Source: Kondoa subrosea (Eukaryota). From it: a DNA stretch of 64,000 bases. Below, one piece after another: positions 51,482 to 63,919 of the stretch; position 1 is the first letter of the stretch; each line of letters starts with the position of its first letter. The stretch covers positions 682,001-746,000 of the forward strand of contig BCIN01000007.1 of assembly GCA_039545335.1 (NCBI GenBank), written 5' to 3'. A program made the translations under genes and the position numbers. Below the pieces are notes generated by a model, which saw only the letters and a program-made list of their open reading frames with translations, ran no database searches and had not been told where the DNA came from.

Positions 51482-52126
51482 ATGACTTCCCAAGCCCAGC
51501 CTCAGCGATTCAGGTCGAGGGAGACTGTTCGTCTTCATTTAGTTCCGACTCCTCTGCTCGTCCTCATCAGTTTCTTCTATACTTCTCTAGTCACAGCTTG
51601 ATCCACCGAACTCAGAACCTAGCGAAGATTACAAGAATGCTTTGCTGAATAAGTCATCCACAAGCAAATGTACTTTTCCACTACTCTGTCTCGAGATACT
51701 GCTCATACGGCGCATATAGTTCAGGATCCATGCGAAAAAGCGAGACAAGTGAGTTTTCTTCCATCGATCATGGTAGAAGACAGTCTAATCTTTGAGTAGG
51801 ACTCGATGAAATGTTTGGACTATTATAGCTACGAGTATGTTCTATATACCATTTCGACGTCTTTCCTGATCGTCAAGGTAGTCGGTCGCAATGCTCGGAC
51901 TACTTTACAGCTTTCAGAGAGTGGTCAGTCCTTCGATCATATTTCGATTATCTACTAAAAGGTGACCACAGTAAAACGAAATGGTAAGCTCAATGATTCA
52001 TGCGACTATAATCGCTCAACAAGCTCTGGTAGGATGAATCAACGGAGAGAAGACAGAATGTCAGTCTTTCCATGCTCCCATGCATTACACTCCCTTAACC
52101 ACTATTGTAGGGCTGGAAGGATATGA
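51482..52126 (+). CDS. COX23: Twin CX9C mitochondrial protein Cox23
   Basis: Manual splicing gives QDPCEKARQDSMKCLDYYSYDRSQCSDYFTAFRECKTKW. Confidence 0.85.
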
Positions 52127-52289
52127 GAACCGCAAAGCTTTTGTACATATGTATCGATCGATTCGTGCGGGAATTGTCACTTTTTATGTGTCACCGATCG
52201 CGCCTGAGTGATAGTGGTGAAAGGATTGCATGAGATTTCTAAGTACAAGGAAGAAAGTCTAGACATATGGGTCCATTTCTGGATTAGGT

Positions 52290-52941
52290 TAACGCTTTGA
52301 TGCGTACGCTGAAGTGGTATGTTGCTGCTGGACATCCTTCTTCTGCTCAGCTCTCTCTGAGGCAGTCAAAAGTCAGCTGAGCCGAAAGCAAGCAACAAAT
52401 GAAGGACCTACTGGAAGCAAACGAGCCAGGAGCCGGATGAGCAATTTCAGGAGATCTACTGAAGGTAGAGGAACCATCGGTTTGAGGAGAAGGCCACTGA
52501 GGGGAGGGAGTCGCGGTTGTTTTTGAATGCTCTCCTTTCATATGCGCAGCTACACTTGGCGGTAGAGCTTGATGTCCAAAGTGTTCTACCCCATGCTGGT
52601 ACGATGTCTCTGCTCGCTGAGCTAGATTTCCAGGCTGATTGGTTGAAGAGTTGTAGATTGGCAAGCCATGGTGCTCATATACGTTAGATACGGACGATAA
52701 AGACGCGCTACTGGTATGCTGGTACTGACCGAAGCTGGAAGGCGACGACTGATCGGTTCCATGGTGTCCTGCTTGTAGCTGTTGCGGGCCTGGATGACCA
52801 GTGCCTATGTCATCAATATTGAGAAACAGCTTTTCTCTTGCAAGGCAGTGATTACTCACGACGTTCGACAGGAGAGATGTCAATTTTCTTGTCATTAGTA
52901 TGGTGCCGAAGGACAGCAACAGAAAGTGGAGGTCGGCTCAT
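52290..52941 (-). CDS. Hypothetical Ser/His/Gln-rich disordered protein; 3' end uncertain
   Basis: MSRPPLS start, an intron, then a long open exon within ORF 52347-52919. Confidence 0.35.
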
Positions 52942-53425
52942 TGTGATCAGATATGATTGTTGCAAGAAGCGGAAGTATGGAGGAAATAGTAGATAGTATT
53001 GGGAAGAGAACAAGAAGCGAAAGCGAGAGATCGCTCGGTTTTGTCGATAGAGGTACAAAGGGTATTCAGAAGACATCGTCGCTCGAAGACGACTTCGTTA
53101 GCTACTTTAGCGAAGGGCTTGTCATTGGAACCCCAGAGCTGGACTGAGATGACTCAACAGCCGCAAGAGCGATCATTTGAGTCTCAGAGCAGACATGACA
53201 GAAAGATAAGGAATAAGCATGATCTTGCTACGAGCTGAACGCAATCACAAGGGATACCACAGGAACGCTCGCCTGGACGTGAAGAGAAGCCAGAATCATG
53301 CAGAACGAAAATCAACAGCAACCTCATGAGGAGAGACGATAGAGGGAAAGGAAGTATAGTCGAAAGCGTCGATAGTACAGAGGTGAGTATCTGCGGGAGC
53401 AAGCCAATCTAAGTATGCAAGACGG

Positions 53426-55332
53426 TCAGAACTCCGCTGTAAACGGTTCTGCTCCCTTCTTGTTCTGCAGCGCCGTCACTTGACCTTTCCCGTCTTTACC
53501 AACAATGAGGGTAATCTTGACTGATCTCGTTGCCGCTTTGTTGCCTTCTCCTTTAAGCGTAGCATCGACTTTGACTTCCAAATCCACCAGCAACTTTTCC
53601 GCTTTCACTACTGGCGTTCTTATCGGTTCATCATCCTCGCTATCCTCATCGTCTTCGCTATCTTTCGATTTCTTGCCATTGGTCTTCTTCTTGACTGGTT
53701 CATCTACTTGAATCTCATGTTTCCCTTCCCATAAACTGAGAACAACAGTAGCTTCTTTCTCTCCTTCAGGTACTTGAACATCAATCGTCCGTCTTGCAGG
53801 TAAAGGAGAGTTTTCGTAAAGCAAAGGAGCGAATCGACCTTCTTTCGAATCGCCCAATAATAATCCAATAGGTTTGGATAAGGTGAGAGTGGATTTTGCT
53901 ACAGTTTGCCAATCTTTTGGTGAGAGTTGAGCGGAAGAAGGTTTTGTTACTAAGAGGGCTTGCAAAACGCAGCCTTTTGCTATCACTTCGTCTGGGTCGA
54001 GTTCGGAAGTGATGGTAGTTTTTGAGGAGAAGAGGTTTTCTAGACGAGATGTTAAAGCTGGAATGCGAGAAGAGCCGCCAATGAGAACGACCTGGCGATG
54101 ACATTGAGCAAAATATGCATGCAGCGAAAGACTGGACTCACTTCATGAATTTCTGCTGGATCCAAGTTCGCACTCTTGACTGCCTCCATGGCTTTGTCAG
54201 TGATGGATTGGTATACTTTACTGCTAATCAAGTCGAATCTCGTTCTGTTGACAACACCTGAGAAATCCATGCCTTCAGCCAAACTTTCCACTGCGCAGTT
54301 TGCCGATGTTGAAACGCTCAATGTTCTCTTTGATGCTTCTACTTCCAAGAGCAACTTCATCAAAGCTCGGTGGTTTGATTTGTCTAAAGCAACCTTGGTT
54401 TTCTTTGTGAATTCTTTGCTGAAGAATTCGACTAGCCGATCATCGAAAGCTTCTCCACCCAAAGAAGTATCTCTGACTGTACTGAGCGGGACAAGTAAAC
54501 CTTGACGAGCTGCTACGACAGTTGCGGTTGTAGATGAAGCGCCAACGTCAAGAAAAAGGAGGTTTCGGTCTATAGCATTGAATTTAGCTGAAGGAGCTGC
54601 TGTCCATCCATAAGCAACTGCAGCGGCTGCTACATCTGGAATGAGCTGAGATGCTTTGACGCCGGCTTCTTGCGATGCTTTTTGAAGTGCTTCGGATTGA
54701 GCAGAAGAGAAGTCTGAAGGAACTGCAAAGACGCAGGAATCGATTTTGCGACCCAGGAAATCTTTGGCAGAGTTGAAGAGAGTTCGAAGGAATTTGACAG
54801 TAATATCATGTACGGTCAAGACTGTTTCTTGTCCATTGACGATAACGCGATATGCCGGTTGGCCTTGATGATCAATGACTTGTGCAGAGCTGAAGGGCGC
54901 CTTGACGTCTTTTACTTCATCGTAGCTGCGAAACCACTATTAGAAGAAACTATTGCAGTCGACAGATGAAACGAACCTTTTGCCTAACAGATCCCTGAAG
55001 CGCAGGATAGTGTTTGCATTGTTTCTAACGAGCTGCTTCCTGCCTGGAATTCCAATGTACTCTTCTTCGCCTGCAAAGGAGACTGCATTTGCTATTTGTC
55101 TAGCACCATCCTCGTCTGCAACAAGTTGCTAAGACCTTCCCATATGACTATGGATGAGCTCAATCTCAACACACCTGCAATAACGTCAGGAAGACCTTCC
55201 TAGAACGACTATTATGAGCTCCATTTCCACACTTGAAGAAAAATATCGAACCTTGTTGATGACTGCGACTGAAGAGAACGAAGAGCCAAAGTTGATGCCC
55301 AGCACTACTTTTGGATCTTGTATTGAGACCAT
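53426..55332 (-). CDS. SSZ1: Atypical Hsp70 of the ribosome-associated complex
   Basis: GINFG (rather than GIDLG), IADEDGARQI, LGGEAFD..L, CAVESLAEGMDF and a short C-terminal domain. Confidence 0.9.
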
Positions 55333-56077
55333 CCTTCTATTTCTAAAGCGTCTAAGATCTAGTCTATTGGATCAAAAGCAACCTCTGCGAAAATTTCATG
55401 CAGAGCGGAAGTGTGGCAATAAACCACCACGCATTGCGGCAGTTGTGCTCTATCCAGCTGTACAAGTCTCGAATGGTGCTGTGTGTCTGGTCTTGGAATC
55501 TTTTACATATAGTTATCTTCAGTTTGTGATGCTTCTGCTATTCTGGCATTTGCTGCTCCTTTGCTATCCTCACTGTTCTGAGACGGAACCTGTGTCTCAT
55601 GCTCTCGGTTTCTGCTAGCCTGCTTCTTGTGTCAATGCACTGGAAACTGCGGTACTTCCTGTTCCTCAGTAATTTGTTGGAAGTACTTCGCGTTGACCTT
55701 GGAGTCTATCATCTATCACACGTTCAAGCAAAGAATAAGAAGATCTTCGGAGTCCATCCTGGACACACCTTCGTTACCTTGCATTCCCTTCTTTTCAGAT
55801 TTATTCCGAACTGCTTCGTCTATTTCCAGGCAGCAGCATTGTCAGGCGACCGAATTATATTACAGACGTAGAGTTACTGCCTCGTTACTCATCTATATCC
55901 ATTCGCGCGCTGAAAGCAGAGAAAGTGTGATCATACCAATTAGTCTTCCTCTCTCTCTTCTCCTTGTCAGATTGATCTGTTCACGATGAAGGCATGACTA
56001 GAACTCTTATGTCAATTGTCTTTGCTCTGCACTGTTCAGCGAATGCAAAAAAAGCAGGCCACCGGAAGCAAAAATTT

Positions 56078-56219
56078 TGAAAAGAGGGGGATTCGAACCC
56101 CCGCCCGAAGACCGCCGTTTCATCGAAGAAACCTTAAGACGGCGCCTTAGACCACTCTAAATTGGATATGAGTCGTTGAACTTGCAAAATATAGCTAGAA
56201 ACTAACCGGCCATCTTTCC
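56078..56219 (-). tRNA. tRNA-Leu(AAG) with two introns: a 50-nt GT-AG intron at position 13/14 (56206-56157) and a canonical 14-nt intron at 37/38 (56131-56118)
   Basis: Removing both introns gives the 78-nt GGAAAGATGGCCGAGTGGTCTAAGGCGCCGTCTTAAGGCGGCGGTCTTCGGGCGGGGGTTCGAATCCCCCTCTTTTCA, a full cloverleaf with B-box GGTTCGAATCC and a downstream T5 terminator. Confidence 0.88.
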
Positions 56220-56587
56220 GTTTTGCAACGAAGGGACAGCAATCCGTCGTGCGTATATAATAACGTGACCCAAATTTTGTAGAATTTTCCTTAAGTCCGG
56301 GGGCGCGATCATCGGCGCTGACCGAAGGCTCGCTCACTGCTCGCTCTAGAACGCAAGTCGGCTTAGCTGAATACGAAGCCAATCGATGCGAGGATCTCCC
56401 TTGATCGTCTCATCCACAAAGAGGTCAAGAAAGAAAGATTTTATGCATACGGCTCCATAAGATCCTGCAATGAACGAACAGTCTTTCGCTTGGTAGCAAC
56501 TTGCTATCAATTCAGTATATCATGGCATACCATGCCTTAGTAATTCCCCTTTGCGATACTCCTGGATTCCAGACCAATACTTCTCCC

Positions 56588-57054
56588 TTAGTTGTCCGCA
56601 ACAGCCTTTGACAAAGCAGTTGGATCCAAGTAAGCTCTGAAGCTCTGAACCTTTCCTTCTGCCTCGTTGATCTCAATCTTGCACAGGAACCCAGTGACCA
56701 CAGTTTTCTTTTCCGCTCCCTTTTTGCCCTTGACCACATGAGTAACTTCTCCTTGTGCGAAATATTTGTTACCAGCGATATCGATCTTCTGAACATCGTG
56801 CTTGATTGATGCAAGGGAAAGAGCAGCGAACATCTTGTCAAGGAAGTCGACAATGTTCTGACGACCTTTGATTGCTGGAAGTTCTCCGCTTTGGTAAACA
56901 GCATCTGTGTAATGAATGCGTGAGTTCTGACCTTCTCTCTTATAGCTACGTCCTCGTACTGACCTTCCGTTATATAAGGAGCGAAAGAGCCTTTTCCCGA
57001 CAGAATCTGATCGCATGAGGCGAACATAGCCTTGACATCGAAAGTGTTTGCCAT
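56588..57054 (-). CDS. SnoaL/NTF2-like small protein
   Basis: Spliced YITEDAVYQSGELPAIKGRQNI...GKVQSFRAYLDPT, an NTF2-like pattern. Confidence 0.7.
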
Positions 57055-57475
57055 TGCTTTGGTTAACTGAAGAAGAGAAATGAGAAGAGAGAAGAGAGAG
57101 AGAGCGCTGGTCCGGCCGAGTCTAGTGCTCACCGAACACGTGGAATAGAAACGTCAAAGAAGCTGACTAATAGCGGGCAGAATGCAAGAATAGGACAGAT
57201 ATAGATTTGAGCTACACACTGATGGGAGCCTGTTTGGGAGCTCAATGTCAATTCACGTCGCTGCCCGGAGCAACCTGCAGTGCTTCAGTTTCCACAAAGT
57301 CTTGCCCGCAAACGTCGATACAGTATCTGATCCAGCTATATACCCTTTTTGGGAGCTCAATTGAAATGATACCAAAGCCTGTTCTGTTGTGTTGAGGCGC
57401 CTTCTACAATGACAATAGGCCAAAGTCTGGTCATTGGTCAAATATGTGTTCTCTGCCTGCTGGTCTTGAACAGCA

Positions 57476-58640
57476 ATGCTACTCTACAGCATCATACTAT
57501 ACTGCTCGTCTAACTCTAGTCTACCGCCGCAAGTTGTGCGGGAGGGAGCCTCTGCTACAGATCTTCTTCAAGCTTTCAAAGAAGTTTTTAACGGCCAAGA
57601 ATACTCTGCACTGGCTAGACGGACTTCAGATACATCGATACCTTTCCTCTTCATTCAATGCGAAGGGTCTTCATTCAGCTATGGCTTTTCTGTTTGGCGT
57701 GAAATTACTCGAGAACATCTGAACTGGATTCTGGCTGTTTCCTCCGATGCCAACAATGTAGAGGCTGCCAGTGCTTTCATGAAGGAACAGAAGCTTCGGG
57801 GCACCTTTATCGGTCAAGACTTCTCGAAAGAGATTACTCAAGCCAAAGCAGATGCAGTCACTGCACAAGAATACCTCAAACAGGCCAAAGGTCGAGTCCA
57901 ACGCCAAGCTGTGATACATCCTACAGCATCAAAGTCCAGCTTTGGGAGTTCTACGATAAAACAATCAGAACGGCTGGCCGGTATAAAGGTAAAATCAGGC
58001 AGGAAGAGGAAAAGAGCTAGCGTAGGAGTTTCATTAGGGTATGCCAAGCACTTCTTTTGTTCGAGACTTGAGCTGAGATGTCACTCTAGCACCTTCGTAA
58101 AGCAGTCTTCACCCCTCTCATTTCTAATCCTTCCAGAAGATTGGCCTGCTACTTACTTGCCCGACATCCCTTCTGCTTCTTGTGATAAACCTTCTGCTCA
58201 TTCAAATGGTACTGCGTCGCTGTCCCGTCATGCTGAACATTCGATGCCTGAAAGACAAGCAGGAAACGACACAAGCTCAAGATCTCTCTTCAGTCAGGCA
58301 AATGAGAGCAATCGATATATGGAGATTGATATACCAAGAGAACTGCTCAATATGCAATTCCCCATACCTGGCAATATTGCTCCGATACAAAAGTCAGTTG
58401 TATCTCTTGTTCGATGAGTGCATTAACGCTGATATCCTGACCAGAATATATCCACCAGCACAAGAAGAATACTCCTCAACTTCCTACTTCACTCACATCG
58501 CATCATTGAAAGAAGAAAGTTCGGATATGACCAAATTGTGCATGAGTTGCGATTCGACCTTTTATTGCTGGGACGATACTAGGCAGACGGACATGAGCGA
58601 TATGATCTGTGAGCTGTGCGAGAATACTTTTGCGAAGTAA
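57476..58640 (+). CDS. Hypothetical protein with C-terminal CxxC...CxxC; structure approximate
   Basis: 313-aa ORF plus a downstream exon ending CMSC...CELCENTFAK*. Confidence 0.4.
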
Positions 58641-59063
58641 GTTGTTACCTACGACCAATGCGGAATATCTGCTGAATCCGATGCGATAGTTTTCTGAGGC
58701 TTTGCTCCAATCATGAGTCAGAGTTCCTACTATCGAGTACTTCGTGCCCGACATAAGACCGGACGTGTAATGTCGCCCGCTCTGGCATTGTACAGTTCGA
58801 CGGATCTATTCCCATCTTTCTCCGGACCCTTCTCTCTTCTCGTCTGTCTGCAATTAGCCTCCTCATCTCGTACCTCATTATTGGCCGTACTCATCACAGC
58901 CTTACAGCACGTTCCATAACTACTGTCATCCACATCAAACCAAATGCAAGCATGTCTCTGAGCTATTTTCATTCTGTTTATTCACTGCCTACGCGTCCTG
59001 ATGCCACAAGAATAACACAAGCATATGGTCATGACTCATAGCCATTTCCGCGCCTCCTCAGGT

Positions 59064-59071
59064 ATAAAAGC
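59064..59071 (+). promoter_or_regulatory. TATA box of the secreted-protein gene
   Basis: TATAAAAG about 90 nt upstream of the ATG at 59156, followed by a pyrimidine-rich tract. Confidence 0.55.
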
Positions 59072-59155
59072 CTCATGAGATTGCTCTCTTGTTCGCATCA
59101 ATCTCTCTTCAACAACTTCACTCCCTTTCAAATACATTCAAGCTACTAAACAACG

Positions 59156-59722
59156 ATGAAGGTCATCTCACTTCTTCTCATTGCTGCTTCTGCTATTGCT
59201 GCTCCGGCTATGGAGAAACGCGCTGGTCCTTCTGGTGTTTTGATGATCCCTGTCGGAGGAGCCCAAGGCCCAGCAAATCAACCACTCGGTGAGTAATTTT
59301 GTTTTGCGCGATGATTGCTTGCTGATGAGCTCCACCCAGCCTTCGAATACAAAGGTGTTGAAACCACAAAGAATAACGAAGGTCAACGCACTACTAATGT
59401 AGCTGTCGCTTTGCTTCCAAAGAACGGTGGAACCGTCATCAACGTGAGGATCTCTTTGCTTTTTCCGCCTTTACCACTACTGATATGCATTCTTGTCTAG
59501 CTTGGTTCTGTTGCTGTTGGCCAATTTGTTGAATTGCCCTCAAACACTCACAAAGAGTTCAAATGTGGCACATACAATGTACAAGTCACGGAGTCTCAGG
59601 TCGGACCTGTTTACAATGGTTCAGTGAGTCTTTGTCTGTCTGGTGGGAGCAGAATCTAGCTGATTGGAGCCTTCGTATCGCAGTTTGTTGCCGATTCCCC
59701 AACTGTCAAGTTCACCTGCTAG
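59156..59722 (+). CDS. Small secreted protein (signal peptide, Kex2-like KR, two Cys)
   Basis: MKVISLLLIAASAIAAPAMEKR/AGPSG...; four exons ending PTVKFTC*. Confidence 0.75.
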
Positions 59723-59944
59723 AAAGCTGAAGATCCCCATCCTAGGTATTTGCATGGACTTCAATAGCTTATGTATATAGTGTTTAGCAGCTTTTGCATT
59801 TCATTGTATTCTGCCCTTACTTATCAATTTGGTGATTTGGTGTTTAAAGTGATTGACCATGTCCTCAATCCTCAGGCTTGCCCTATAGTACTCTTCGACA
59901 AAGCAATCGGAATTTCTGAACCCTTCCCTTGAATTGTTGCAGCG

Positions 59945-62734
59945 ATGCCAACTTCAGTAGACGAATTCGTAGCCTGGCATGAAGCACAGCTAGCTTTGCT
60001 GCAGAAAGAAAGGGAGGCAGAGATCCTAGAAACCTCCTTGCTGTTCTCGAATTGCAGTGCATCGTTACTTGAGAAGAATGGATTAGCTTTGCTTTCGCTT
60101 GGAGTGAGCAACATTTCGGTCGGGCTAGGCGGCAAGAGGTGTGCTGTCTATACATTAGCTTGGTCTTCACGCTCTGAAGCTGGCCTAGTCTGGTTGAACT
60201 CGAACGTCCTGGAGCGCATCACACATCGCCTTTCTTTCCACCTCATCTCTTCCGACCTGGTGATATCGCAGCTATTGCAGAACATACTTCTGCATCTTCT
60301 AAGCCCAAAAAAGCAGCGAAAGACAAAGATTCTACGTCAAAAGATGTAGAGGGAGTTGTCTATAAAGTGTCTGATCAAAAGATAGTCATTGCAATCAAGC
60401 AGAATGATGCTTCTTCTGAAGAGTTGGACTTGCCTGAGCGTTGCAAGGTGTATGTTTCTTTATGTGGATGCTTTCTACTTTCTTTTTTTCGTTGATACCC
60501 TTGTGTTCAGTCTGAAATTGGCTAACGATGCCACCTTCGAGCGGTACATCTTCTTCCCTTTGCTAAGCTCGTCTTGTAGCTGAGTCTGTACTCAGTATGG
60601 ACAAGAATCTTCGCTTTTTACGTAAATCGATTCTCGGCTCACCAGATTCAGAAAGCAGTTCTCCGAACCCTCCTAATCCTCTCGTATCCGTTCTGCTCGG
60701 ATTCAGTGATCCTAATTTTCACCAACCTGTCGTAGACCAGAACATTACGTTCCTCGATGAGAACTTGAACGAGAGTCAGCGAAAAGCAGTGAATTTCGTA
60801 CTGCATGAAACAGAGGAAGTTGGCTTGATTCGTAAGAAAAGGTCCCTCGAGATGTTTCTAAAGTTAAACGTCTTCATAGATGGACCTCCGGGTACGGGGA
60901 AAACGCAAACTCTGGTCGAGGTTATTCGACAATTGGTAAATCAGCAGAAGCGAGTTCTTGTTTGTGGTGCATCGAATTTAGCAGTCGGTCAGCTTCAAGC
61001 TGCCCATGTCTTCTCTTCACCTTAATCCCACTTTTACAGACAATCTGGTCGAACGTCTTACTCTGCATCAAGTTCCGCTCACTCGATTAGGACATCCAGC
61101 TCGAATCTTAGCTAATTTACATTCTGCAACATTGGATTATCAAACTGCTCATTCCAATAGCGGAGAGATAGTTAAAGATATAAAGAAAGAAATCGATCAG
61201 GTCATGTCAGAATTGGCAAAAGGTAAAATCAGAGGGAAGGAGCGGAAAGAGAAATGGAACGAGATCAAAGAACTGCGCAAAGAGTAAGTAGATTGTCCTT
61301 TTGTACTGGATTTGATAAGGCTGATGCCTCGCACAAGATTCCGGAAGCGCGAGAGTAAGGTGGTTGAAGGTGTAGTAAGTCAAGCCAAAGTCATTCTTGC
61401 TACATGTCACGGGTGAGCTGTGCGCCTCTACTATGAATCAAACCTCGAGCTCATCTCCTGTCGGTAAGTGCTGGTGGAAGACAAATCTACAATACCAACT
61501 TTGATGTCGCAATTATCGATGAGGTGAGATCAGATCGTCAGATTAAATGGCAGAGCTGACTTCTTCATGAGGCTGCGCAAGCTCTTGAAGCTGTAGGCTA
61601 TTTCTCACTCGTATCACTGATGCTGACAGAAAGATAGGTTTGCTGGATCCCGATAATGAAGGCAAAGAAACTTATCCTCGTAAGCTCAACATTGATGCAA
61701 TATTCTGACTAATGATGTCTGTAGGCAGGAGATCATCTGCAGCTAAGTCCTACGGTGAAATCAGACGACAAGAAATCGAAGTCTAGCAGTAGTAAGAAGA
61801 AGGCGGAAAAGGCCAAAGCCAAGGACAAGAAGACTACTGCAACCGATGTATCTATTCCCGTGGCTCAGGAGCTCGAAAGTCAAAGTGCAGAGCAGCCCCG
61901 CTTGGAGAGGAAAACACTGAAACCAGCCTCCTCCCTCTCGTACACTCTCTTCGATAGACTACTAGCTCAACATGGGAACAAAATCAAGCGGACTCTAACC
62001 ATTCAATATCGGATGAACGAGAACATCATGAATTTCCCTTCTTCCGCCCTCTATAACAACGAGTTGACAGCTGCTGAAACCGTCAAGACGAGGCTACTGA
62101 CTGACTTACCTGGTGTAAATCAAGATGAAGACTTGTGTAAAGAACCAGTAGTATTCATTGACAGTCAGTCCGCATTTTTTGGCAGGTCAACCAAATTGAT
62201 CCTCTCTCTAGCCGCTGGGACGAGCATGTTTGAAAGATCAGACAACGAAGGTGTTAGTACAGACAGCAAATCAAACGAGAACGAAGCTTCCCTGGTAGTT
62301 CGACATGTACAAACACTGGTAGATGCGGGCTTGCAGGCCTCGAGCATATCTATCATCTCGCCTTATCAAGCTCAAGTGAATCTACTAGCTTCTACTCTAC
62401 GGCCTCGCTTCCCGGAGATGGAAATTGGCTCGGTGGACGGTTTTCAAGGGCGAGAGAACGATGTGGTCATAGTCAGCCTTTGTCGCTCGAATGAAGAAGT
62501 GAGCAATTCCATTGGTAATTCTTTCGTGAGAAGCTTACGAAGGACGAACAGCGGGAAGTCGGGTTTCTGCGAGACAATCGACGTCTAAATGTAGCCATGA
62601 CAAGACCTCGGCGACAGCTCGTCATAGTAGGCGATTCAGCAACAGTCAGCAATGGTTCTGGGTACCTCAAGGACTGGATGGGTTGGCTAGAAGAAAACGC
62701 CGACGTTTCAATGGCAGGTCTGTTGGAAATGTAA
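59945..62734 (+). CDS. HCS1: SF1 Upf1-like helicase IGHMBP2/SMUBP-2
   Basis: GPPGTGKT, CGASNLAV, IIDEAAQ, GDHLQL, QYRMN, SVDGFQGRE and RRLNVAMTR motifs. Confidence 0.93.
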
Positions 62735-62750
62735 TCAATGCATGGTATTT

Positions 62751-63919
62751 TTACATGAAAAAATCATCATCGTCTTCTTTTGCTTCCGAAGCTTTAGCTT
62801 CTTCCAGAGCTTCAGCACTGAACAATCTATCATACGAACGCTCTTCTTTATCCTTTTGCCATGCTAGTCGAGCTGCTTCCGCTTTCGCCTGGGCATCTTT
62901 AGCCGCTGCCTTCTTTACTCGGCTCTCGTCCTTTTGTCTTCTTATGAGACTGAAGAGCTCTTAGCGCACTTACAAGGTAAAAAGACAAGAAAGGTCTTAC
63001 TCTGCCTCGTGATCCACTTCTACTTCCTTCCGGGTCTTATTCAATCTGTTCACTACAGCATTATCCTTGGTCGGGACATGTATTCGCTTGACCTAAATTC
63101 CCGCACAATGAGTATCAACTTGAAACCCCCAAGCATGAAAGCAAACCATCTTTTCCTTGTGGAAAGAAACTTGTCCTACCGCCATATCGCCTGTCTTCTT
63201 TAGATTCGAGGCAGGTGTGTAGATGACTGCCACATTATCCTTCTTTTGTCCCACGAGTCAATTTCAGCCTGATGCCCTAACTTAATGAAAGCAGAAGCGC
63301 ACCTTGTTGCCTTGTATCGAACCCGCTTTAACCAACTGAGCAGCATCCATAGATAAAGACTCAGGTATCGATTCCCAATCCATCCCAGGCGGTAATCGAA
63401 GGTAGATGTGCGGAGAAGAAAGTTTGTCAACATGATACCAGACATCGTTTGGGTAGGCGAATTGGATAAGAGTCTCATCTGATTTTTGCTCTCAGTATCT
63501 GCCCAAGGATCGACGTGAGTTTGGACTAACAAAGGAAAGCAGAGACAATTTACTCAAAGCCCGTAAGAGAGTTCCATACTTACTCTCGAACTAGGACAAG
63601 ATATTCAACCTGAAGCCGGGCAAGAGTAGGACATAAGATCACCTTGTCTTTACCTGCATAACTGTTGAGAACATATCAGTTGTTGATCGAAGACAGAGCA
63701 GAAGAGAGAAGCGGAATGAATGTGAGAAATGGAGAATAAGAGATAGAGCAGGGTAGAGTACGAGAAGAACGAGCCCTAGGAGAAAGAGCTCAAATCAATA
63801 GACTAACATGATTATCGCATCATTGGCATTCAACACTAAATGAAGACCTTTCAGCCTTATACACTGTGCACATCAGGACCTTGTCGCAACACACCTCTTG
63901 ACTCGTAAAACAAGACCAT
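62751..63919 (-). CDS. CCDC25: CCDC25/Jlp2 (NFACT-R domain) protein
   Basis: MVLFY...YAGKDKFENE.LI...[30 protein letters not shown] and C-terminus DDDFFM*. Confidence 0.9.

Noticed and set aside
55505..55995. Coding-like minus-strand frame with several stops
   Set aside because: Possible gene relic, but with no recognisable homology and too weak to call.
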